Source: Alphaproteobacteria bacterium
Lineage (GTDB): Bacteria > Pseudomonadota > Alphaproteobacteria > Rs-D84
DNA: 64,000 bases
Direction: 5' to 3'
NCBI GenBank assembly: GCA_015062445.1
Contig: SUUQ01000005.1
Location: 1,668 to 65,667, forward strand
Shown: positions 56,905 through 64,000 of the stretch, piece by piece
Layout: each line of letters begins with the position of its first letter
Position numbering within the stretch: position 1 is the first letter of the stretch
Made by a program: the position numbers and the translations under genes
Notes under the pieces: generated by a model
Seen by the model: the letters and a program-made list of their open reading frames with translations, nothing else
Database searches by the model: none
Told to the model about the DNA's origin: nothing

Positions 56905-57218
56905 TGAAAACGTTCACAAAAACGGTCGAAGATTTCAGCTGCACCCATTGTGGTGCAGTTGTGCATGGTAATGGCTATACGAACCATTGTCCGCATTGTC
57001 TGTGGTCGTGTCATGTCGATAATAACCCTGGCGACCGTGCATCCACCTGTCGTGGTATGATGGAACCTGTGTCGGTTGAATCTGCGGGGGCACGATTTGT
57101 GATAACGCATCGTTGTACGGTCTGTGGACATACCCGCCGCCAGCATACGTCAGATGATGACAGCATGGATGCGATAATAGAATTATCAAAAAACACTGCC
57201 TTTATTTATGGAAAATAA
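56904..57218 (+). CDS. RNHCP-domain zinc-ribbon protein
   Basis: 'FSCTHCGAVVHGNGYTNHCPHCLWSCHVD' contains the family-defining (R/T)NHCP motif. The second ribbon is 'CTVCGH'. Confidence 0.5.
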   Translation: MKTFTKTVEDFSCTHCGAVVHGNGYTNHCPHCLWSCHVDNNPGDRASTCRGMMEPVSVESAGARFVITHRCTVCGHTRRQHTSDDDSMDAIIELSKNTAFIYGK

Positions 57219-57247
57219 AACTGCCCTGCATGGGGCATTTTTTTAAT
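57219..57247 (+). terminator. Rho-independent terminator
   Basis: 'gccctgcatggggc' followed by a T8 run. Confidence 0.65.
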
Positions 57248-57286
57248 GATTGACCCGCATACAGATTTTTTACTAACATAGATTGC

Positions 57287-58492
57287 ATGAGAAGAATGTT
57301 CGTTTTTTTAATCGCATGTATACTGTGCAACACTGCCTATGGTGCCCAGTATCGTGCCGCCCTGGTTGCAGACATGGACACCGGTCGTGTCCTGTACCAG
57401 GAAAATGCCACCCAGTTAAATTATCCGGCCAGTTTGACCAAGATTATGACACTGTATTTAACGTTTGATGCGCTGGAGCATGGTCGTCTGGCATTGGACG
57501 ATTATTTGATTGTGTCTGCGGCGGCTGCGAATGCAGAACCTGTAAAATTGGGACTGGCGGCGGGGTCAAAAATCCGTGTCGAAGACGCGATTAAGGCATT
57601 GGCGGTCTACAGTGCCAATGACGTTGCACGTGTTTTGGCGGAAAATCTAAAAGGGGGCCAGGAAGAATCCTTTGCAGATTTAATGACCCGTGTCGCCCAG
57701 CAGATTGGTCTGACCAATACCAACTTTGAAAATTCATCTGGTCTGCCAAATGACGACCATCTGTCTACGGCCCGTGACATTGCATTGTTGTCCATGGCGG
57801 TATATAAACATTTTCCCCAGTACTGGCACTTTTTCGGGATTAAATCCTGGACATATAATGGCAAGACCTATACCAACGGCAACCGTTTGCTGACATCATT
57901 TAACGGCTGTGATGGGATGAAGACCGGGTATACAAAAAAATCCAAGTATTCATTGGTTGCGACTGCGCATCGTGGCAATACGCATCTGATGTCTGTTGTT
58001 TTGGGGGCTGAAAACAAAGACGTTCGTGCAAATGTTGCCGCCCAGATGTTAAACCGTGGTTTTACAATGTTGGGCGATGGCAGTGCCCCTGTGGTTCGAA
58101 CAACCCCGGTACCCCCAATTGACAGCACCCACGGCCAGCCGATTTTATCGGACAATGTTGTTGATGCGGCTTCTGTATCTGATACGGCACCTGTTTCATC
58201 ATTTTCGTCTGCGTATAATGCGGCGACATCGAATGCGATGCCAAAATACACTGGTGCCGCTGTGTCGGGTGGTTCAGGTGGGGCAGGTGTCCAGTTTGGT
58301 GCATTTTCATCAGAATCTGCAGCCCGCACCCAGGTTGCAAATGTCAAAAATAAATTGGGTGTAAATGCCGTTGTTGAACCTACTGGCACTGGATTATACC
58401 GTGTACGTGTATATGGTCTGTCAGAATCTGCGGCGGGGCAACTAAAATCATCTGCGACGGCAAACGGTATTGACAGTTATGTTTTTCACTAG
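57287..58492 (+). CDS. D-alanyl-D-alanine carboxypeptidase (PBP5/6-type S11 peptidase) with a C-terminal SPOR domain
   Basis: 'SLTK' (SxxK), 'SAND' (SxN), 'KTGYT' (KTG), and the C-terminal 'VQFGAFSSESAART...YRVRVYGL' SPOR-like fold. Confidence 0.85.
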   Translation: MRRMFVFLIACILCNTAYGAQYRAALVADMDTGRVLYQENATQLNYPASLTKIMTLYLTFDALEHGRLALDDYLIVSAAAANAEPVKLGLAAGSKIRVEDAIKALAVYSANDVARVLAENLKGGQEESFADLMTRVAQQIGLTNTNFENSSGLPNDDHLSTARDIALLSMAVYKHFPQYWHFFGIKSWTYNGKTYTNGNRLLTSFNGCDGMKTGYTKKSKYSLVATAHRGNTHLMSVVLGAENKDVRANVAAQMLNRGFTMLGDGSAPVVRTTPVPPIDSTHGQPILSDNVVDAASVSDTAPVSSFSSAYNAATSNAMPKYTGAAVSGGSGGAGVQFGAFSSESAARTQVANVKNKLGVNAVVEPTGTGLYRVRVYGLSESAAGQLKSSATANGIDSYVFH

Positions 58493-58507
58493 TATTTTAT
58501 ATCTGCG

Positions 58508-59107
58508 ATGAATCCGAAAATAGAAAAGTTAATTAAGTTATTTGCAAAGTTGCCCCGTGTTGGCACCCGTGGTGGCCAGCGTATTGCCCTGTGTTTGTTG
58601 CAGGATAAAACAGGCCGTGGCGCATCGTTGGCAAATGCGATTGTTGATGCGTGTGAAAATATTGCACCATGTCCCAATTGTGGCATTTTGACTGATCGTG
58701 GGGCAGGGACATGTGAATATTGCCGTGACACATCACGTCGCAATGGCCAGTTATGTATTGTACGTGACCTGTCAGACGTTTGGACATTGGAAAAGTCATC
58801 TGTCTTTCATGGTCGTTATCATGTGATTGGTGGTGTTATATCTGGTGCATCTGGGACATTGCCAGATGATTTGAATCTGTTAACATTGCCTGGTCGCATT
58901 TCATCTGAAAATATTACCGAGGTTATATTTGCATTACCCAACACAGTCGAAGGTAAAACAACCCAGCATTATATCATGTCGATTATTGGTGATGCGTCTG
59001 GTGTATCATTTTCAGAATTGGCATCTGGTGTTCCGCTGGGGGGTGATTTAGATTATTTGGACGATGGAACACTGTCATTGGCATTTGGGGGACGTAAAGC
59101 ATTATGA
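58508..59107 (+). CDS. recR: Recombination protein RecR
   Basis: 'LPRVGTRGGQRIALCLL' HhH, a C4 zinc finger 'CPNCGILTDRGAGTCEYC', and a Toprim domain. Confidence 0.92.
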   Translation: MNPKIEKLIKLFAKLPRVGTRGGQRIALCLLQDKTGRGASLANAIVDACENIAPCPNCGILTDRGAGTCEYCRDTSRRNGQLCIVRDLSDVWTLEKSSVFHGRYHVIGGVISGASGTLPDDLNLLTLPGRISSENITEVIFALPNTVEGKTTQHYIMSIIGDASGVSFSELASGVPLGGDLDYLDDGTLSLAFGGRKAL

Positions 59108-59928
59108 CAGACATGATATCATCTTTGCCGCCTGTATCTGCGATGATGCGTGAATGTGGTCTGGAACCGAAAAAGCAGTTTGGTCAAAACTTTTTATTTG
59201 ATTTGAATTTGACGGGGCGCATTGCGAACAGTGTTCCCGATATTCATGATATTCCCGTGGTGGAAGTTGGTCCGGGCCCTGGTGGTCTGACCCGTGCAAT
59301 TTTGTTGGCGGGTGCCCCCCGTGTTATTGCGGTGGAAAAAGATGTGACGACCCGTCCGATATTATCCCAGATTGAATCCGCATCGAACGGTCGTTTGTCT
59401 GTTGTTTATGGTGATGCGCTGCGTGTTAATTTTGCAGACTTTGGATTGGGTCGGTATGCGATATGTGCGAATTTGCCGTATAATGTTGGCACAGAATTAT
59501 TAATTGGCTGGTTACAGAAAATTGCAAGTGGTGAACCGATTGCTTCATTAACATTGATGTTTCAACGTGAAGTTGCCCTGCGTATTACATCACGTCCTGG
59601 GGACGAGCATTATGGTCGCCTGGCGGTATTAACATCGTTAATTGCGGACGCACGCATATTATTTGATGTTCCAAATACTGCGTTTGTCCCCCGTCCACGT
59701 GTGCAAAGTGCAGTTGTTCAAATTATGCCCAACCCGGACAAGATTGCCCGCCTGGACGATATATCAAAATTGGAACAGATAACTGCGAAATTATTTGGCC
59801 AGCGCCGCAAGATGATACGTTCGATCATGCCGAACGTTGATTGGTCAGTTTACGGATTGACTGGGACCGAACGTGCCGAAGTTTTGTCCCCAGAAACATT
59901 TGCACTGTTGGCAAAGAATCTGATATAA
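59104..59928 (+). CDS. rsmA: 16S rRNA (adenine1518/1519-N6)-dimethyltransferase
   Basis: 'FGQNFLFD', SAM motif 'VVEVGPGPGGLT' and 'NLPYNVGT'. Overlaps the recR stop by 4 nt. Confidence 0.92.
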   Translation: MTDMISSLPPVSAMMRECGLEPKKQFGQNFLFDLNLTGRIANSVPDIHDIPVVEVGPGPGGLTRAILLAGAPRVIAVEKDVTTRPILSQIESASNGRLSVVYGDALRVNFADFGLGRYAICANLPYNVGTELLIGWLQKIASGEPIASLTLMFQREVALRITSRPGDEHYGRLAVLTSLIADARILFDVPNTAFVPRPRVQSAVVQIMPNPDKIARLDDISKLEQITAKLFGQRRKMIRSIMPNVDWSVYGLTGTERAEVLSPETFALLAKNLI

Positions 59929-59965
59929 TTATTTCGTCTTGAAATAAAATAACAAGAGAGAGAAT

Positions 59966-61675
59966 ATGTCCCTATCGCTGCTTGCATTTTTTGCAATAAT
60001 ATTTGTATTGGTTTATATGTTGCGTGTTGCCCGCATTGGTGCGCTGGTTGCGTTTTTATTGGCAGGTGTATTATCAGGACCATACGTTTTTAATTTTTTT
60101 CAGTTATCAGACACCTGGACATTTTTGGGTGATTTAGGGATATTATTCTTATGGTTTAATATTGGTCTGGAAATAAACATGCGTCGTCTGTGGCGCATGC
60201 GTCGAACGATATTTGGTTTTGGTGCGACCCAGGTTTTAATGGTTGCGATAATGTTGTTTCCGTTTTTGTTTGGATTTACCCAGTGGACGGTAACGGGCTG
60301 CATCATGGTTGCGTTAATGTTGGCGATGTCCAGTACATCTGCTGATTTACAGTTGTTAACAGACCGCAACCAGTTAAACACAGAAATGGGCCGCAAGACA
60401 TTTTCCATATTATTATTCCAAGACCTGTTATCAATTCCATTATTGGCAATGCTGCCGGCATTTTCTGGCGCATCAATCAGTCTGGGTGCCACAGCGATTG
60501 ACGTCGTTGTGATATCTGTTGCATTGGTGTTGTCTGTAATTGTGATTGGTCGATTTGTGATGACACCTATATTTCGTCATGTTGGCAAACTAAAATCCAA
60601 AGAGGCCTTTTTACTGGCCATCATGCTGAATATTATAATTTGGGCGGCCCTGGTTGAATTCATGGGGTTGCCTGCAGGTCTTGGGGCATTTTTGGCGGGT
60701 ATGTTGATGTCAGAAACAGTATACCGTCATCAAATCACGGCAGAAATTTCACCTTATGCGACATTGTTTTTGGCATTTTTCTTTATTTCGTTGGGCATGG
60801 GATTAAATCTGCCTATGTTGGGTGCGAATTGGCATATTGTACTGTTTGGTCTGATTGGTTTTATGGTGATAAAGTTTTTTGCGATATTTATTGTATCACG
60901 TGTTCGTGGTGTAAATTTTCCCGACAGCATGATGATTGCCCTGATATTGTCCCAGGGTGGCGAATTTGCATTGTTGATGTTGCAAACCATGAAGACCAGT
61001 GGTATTCGTGCAATACCATCTGGCCACGAAGAGATTTTAACAGCGATAATAATCCTGTCTATTATGGCGACACCATTATTGTTGTGGCTGCATGATTATT
61101 TGCAACGCAGTGGTCGGATATCGTTTGGTCGTACTGCACGCAGTCTAGAGCATCCAGAATCATCGATACAACCTGATGTAATTGTTTGTGGTTTTGGTCG
61201 TGTTGGTCAAACTGTATGTCAAATGCTGGATGCGCAGCATGTATCATACCTGGCGATTGATTTAGACATTGGTGCGGTGATGATGGGACGTGAAATGGGT
61301 TTTAATGTTGCCTATGGTAATACGACCAATCGTGATGTCTTGACAGATTTAGGGTTGCGACCCCGACGTGTAAAGTCTGTTGTTGTTGCGCTGGATAATG
61401 CATCCACCGCCCGCCAGACGATACAGACCATAAAATCGATTGCCCCACGCATGCGCATATTTGCCCGTGCCCGCAACTTGGCCGATGCCAAGATGTTAAT
61501 GTCATTGGGGGTTGCGGCTGCGATGCCTGAAACGATTGAATCATCATTTTTCCTGGGGTACAGTGTCCTGGATTATTTGGGTGTGCCTGAACAGGGAATT
61601 GAACAAATGTTAACAGATATGCGTGCAGATGACTATGCGTGTCTGTCAACTGTCATATCAGATAAGAAAGATTAA
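59966..61675 (+). CDS. Kef-type K+/H+ antiporter (CPA2) with a C-terminal TrkA-N domain
   Basis: 12-13 TM N-terminal domain and a Rossmann motif 'VIVCGFGRVGQTV'. Confidence 0.82.
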   Translation: MSLSLLAFFAIIFVLVYMLRVARIGALVAFLLAGVLSGPYVFNFFQLSDTWTFLGDLGILFLWFNIGLEINMRRLWRMRRTIFGFGATQVLMVAIMLFPFLFGFTQWTVTGCIMVALMLAMSSTSADLQLLTDRNQLNTEMGRKTFSILLFQDLLSIPLLAMLPAFSGASISLGATAIDVVVISVALVLSVIVIGRFVMTPIFRHVGKLKSKEAFLLAIMLNIIIWAALVEFMGLPAGLGAFLAGMLMSETVYRHQITAEISPYATLFLAFFFISLGMGLNLPMLGANWHIVLFGLIGFMVIKFFAIFIVSRVRGVNFPDSMMIALILSQGGEFALLMLQTMKTSGIRAIPSGHEEILTAIIILSIMATPLLLWLHDYLQRSGRISFGRTARSLEHPESSIQPDVIVCGFGRVGQTVCQMLDAQHVSYLAIDLDIGAVMMGREMGFNVAYGNTTNRDVLTDLGLRPRRVKSVVVALDNASTARQTIQTIKSIAPRMRIFARARNLADAKMLMSLGVAAAMPETIESSFFLGYSVLDYLGVPEQGIEQMLTDMRADDYACLSTVISDKKD

Positions 61676-61677
61676 CA

Positions 61678-61704
61678 AAATCCCCCGATGTGGGGATTTT
61701 TAAT
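61678..61704 (+). terminator. Rho-independent terminator
   Basis: 'atcccccgatgtggggat' followed by a T5 run. Confidence 0.7.
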
Positions 61705-61760
61705 TGCAATTGCACTTGTATCTTGTTATATTTTTGACTATCTAGAATTGGAAAGAAGAT

Positions 61761-62297
61761 ATGAAAAAAATATCAATGATTTTATCTGTAATATTTGGTG
61801 CGATAATCCTGGACCAATTGTCCAAGGGTATATTGTTGTATTTAATCACTGGCGGTGTACCGTTATATGGTCCTGCGTGGGAAATTGTTCCTGTTCCGTA
61901 TTTGATGGCCCATGTATGTGATATATTTAATTTTGTATTTACATGGAATCCTGGCACATCGTTTTCATTGTTTCGGACATTGGGTGAATCTGCGCCATTG
62001 GTTATTGTGATACTGACTGGTTTTGTGATTGGTTTTATATTGCACTATTTATTTTACCGTTCGAAATCGTTTGAACGTGTTCCATTGGCATTGATTGCAG
62101 GTGGTGCGATTGGCAACTTGATTGACCGCATACGCTTTGGTGCAGTTATTGATTTTCTAGATTTTCATATTGGTGGCTGGCATTGGCCTGCGTTTAACAT
62201 TGCGGACATATGCATTGTTGTTGGTGTTGGTCTGTATATATTGAACATGTACCTGGCACGTTGTCGCTGCATTAAACAAACAAAGGATGGTAAATAA
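61761..62297 (+). CDS. lspA: Lipoprotein signal peptidase II
   Basis: 'LDQLSK', 'GGAIGNLIDR', 'VIDFLDF' and 'FNIADICI' conserved blocks. Confidence 0.92.
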   Translation: MKKISMILSVIFGAIILDQLSKGILLYLITGGVPLYGPAWEIVPVPYLMAHVCDIFNFVFTWNPGTSFSLFRTLGESAPLVIVILTGFVIGFILHYLFYRSKSFERVPLALIAGGAIGNLIDRIRFGAVIDFLDFHIGGWHWPAFNIADICIVVGVGLYILNMYLARCRCIKQTKDGK

Positions 62298-63867
62298 AAT
62301 GGTTCGTTATATGGATAATAAAAATTCTGGGTTTAACATGTGGAATGCCAATCGTGCGGCGGCCCAGTCAAAACGGTCACCATTATCTGGTTTTTTATGG
62401 TGGACTGTTATATTTATTGCGTGTTGGTGGGCGATTGGTGCGATAATGGGGCCTCGTCAAACGGTTGATGTGGCTGACACATCTGTTACAGAATCTGATT
62501 TATCTGCGGTACCTGTATCAAATTTTTCATCAGATTTAATCAGTATTTCTGTCCAGGGACTGCGGATATCCGATATTGGTCTGTCTGAATACCAGTTATC
62601 CCCTGATGGCACAGAAAATGTTGTATTATTTGGCAGTGATGGTAATTATATTGAATCTGGTCTGATTGCAACTGGCACGACATCGCCTGTGGCTGAAACC
62701 GTCTGGACAGATCAGGGCAACATATACACCTGGACGAATTCAGATGGTGTTGTGTTCACCCGTTCTATAACGATTGACGGATATGTGACAACTGTTTTAG
62801 ACACGGTTCAGAACAATTCTGGGCATGACATATCTGTTGCACCATATGTGCGAATTGTGCGTGCGAACGACATGAAATCTGCATCTGGTATATCGACTGG
62901 TGCGATTGCATATGTCAATTCAGACACAGAACAAACTGCCTGGACGAAACTGGATAACCAGTCATATGCATATTCGACCACAAATGGTTTTGCGGGCTTC
63001 GCAGACCAGTACTGGGAAACAGTTGCGTCCATATCATCGCCTGACCAAACGATTCGGATAAAACGCAGTGGTGAAAACTATGTATCTGACACAGCGGCGG
63101 CGGCAACACCGATTGCAAATGACGGCACAGCAACATTTACCACCACCATATTCACCGGTCCCCGTGATCAAACAATTTTGGACACAGTCGAATCGAAAAT
63201 CCCAGGCATTTCCGAAACGATTGACTATGGGTGGTTTTGGTTTTTGGCACGTCCAATGTTGTGGTTATTAAATGCGATACATCACGTTGTGATGAACTAT
63301 GGCATTGCGATAATTATCATGACAATATTGTTGCGTTTATTGATGTGGCCATTGACACGAAAATCCTATGTATCGATGGCTGCGATGCAGAAAATGCAGC
63401 CCGAAATGCAACGTATCCAGAAACTGTACGCAAACGACAAGATGCGCCTGCAGATGGAAATGATGAAACTGTATCAAACGCACAAGACATCCCCAATGTC
63501 TGGGTGCTTGCCGATGTTGATTCAGATTCCGATATTCTTTGCATTGTACAAGGCCTTGTTGGTATCTGTTGCGATGCGTAACGCACACTTTTTATGGATA
63601 TCAGATTTATCTGCGATGGACCCATACTTTATATTGCCTATAATGATGGGGCTGACAATGTATATTCAACAACGTTTTCAGTCGCCATCGTCTGCGACTG
63701 GCACCGGCAATGATGCTGTTGCCCAGACACAACGCATGATGCGTTGGATGCCACTGTTATTTACAGTAATGTTTGCCTGGATGCCGGCGGGTTTGGTTTT
63801 ATATTGGACGGTATCGAACATATTTGGCATTATCCAGATGCAGATAATCAAACGTCAGTCGAAATAA
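62287..63867 (+). CDS. yidC: Membrane protein insertase YidC
   Basis: 'GWFWFLARPMLWLLN', 'GIAIIIMTILLRLLMWPL' and 'MQKMQPEMQRIQKLY' conserved region. The periplasmic P1 domain is present. Overlaps lspA by 11 nt. Confidence 0.93.
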   Translation: MVNKMVRYMDNKNSGFNMWNANRAAAQSKRSPLSGFLWWTVIFIACWWAIGAIMGPRQTVDVADTSVTESDLSAVPVSNFSSDLISISVQGLRISDIGLSEYQLSPDGTENVVLFGSDGNYIESGLIATGTTSPVAETVWTDQGNIYTWTNSDGVVFTRSITIDGYVTTVLDTVQNNSGHDISVAPYVRIVRANDMKSASGISTGAIAYVNSDTEQTAWTKLDNQSYAYSTTNGFAGFADQYWETVASISSPDQTIRIKRSGENYVSDTAAAATPIANDGTATFTTTIFTGPRDQTILDTVESKIPGISETIDYGWFWFLARPMLWLLNAIHHVVMNYGIAIIIMTILLRLLMWPLTRKSYVSMAAMQKMQPEMQRIQKLYANDKMRLQMEMMKLYQTHKTSPMSGCLPMLIQIPIFFALYKALLVSVAMRNAHFLWISDLSAMDPYFILPIMMGLTMYIQQRFQSPSSATGTGNDAVAQTQRMMRWMPLLFTVMFAWMPAGLVLYWTVSNIFGIIQMQIIKRQSK

Positions 63868-63869
63868 AA

Positions 63870-63899
63870 AAGTTCCGCCCACTGGGCGGATTTTTTTTA
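63870..63899 (+). terminator. Rho-independent terminator after yidC
   Basis: 'tccgcccactgggcgga' followed by a T8 run. Confidence 0.75.
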
Positions 63900-64000
63900 C
63901 TTTTCGAATTGTGATTTATCTGGAAACATTCGATTCAAGAAATCCCAGTTTTGTTTTCTGACATCATCTGTTATATTTGGTGTATCGTTGATACAAAACA

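Overview
This 64-kb window reads as a chromosomal segment of an alphaproteobacterium, most likely a Rickettsiales/Holosporales-like obligate intracellular lineage. The evidence for that placement is a GapR/DUF2312 gene, a pyruvate phosphate dikinase, a short ValRS of about 800 aa, a fragmented dcw cluster, and a uniform family of 'CCCCC-loop-GGGGG-T-run' terminators. Core housekeeping genes (ppdK, PBP1A, mraY-ftsW-murG, dnaQ, uvrD, rpmE, valS, rpmH, gyrA, pyk, gapR, recR, rsmA, lspA, yidC, a MarR/TolC/MFP/RND efflux operon, and tRNA-Glu/tRNA-Gln) are interleaved with several accessory loci that no standard annotation explains. The accessory loci are:
(1) Five paralogous polytopic membrane proteins with Lys-rich tails at 23.0-29.6 kb. 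Four are translationally coupled and one is divergent. They may be VirB6/TrbL-like channel components, but no virB3/virB4 flanks them.
(2) A tandem pair of ~715-aa secreted proteins at 15.8-20.1 kb, each with a disordered Arg/Thr/Ser-rich N-terminal region and a Cys-rich C-terminal domain, each behind an extended -10 promoter.
(3) A translationally coupled two-gene operon next to tRNA-Gln encoding a 312-aa secreted protein and a 1041-aa Cys-rich protein with an internal 47-aa tandem repeat.
(4) Two tRNA genes, each followed by a partial duplicate of its own 3' end plus flank (scar-like), bracketing an APH/choline-kinase-like gene.
(5) Two further kinase-like or tandem-paralog loci near the window start.
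No rRNA, CRISPR array, transposase or integrase was seen.
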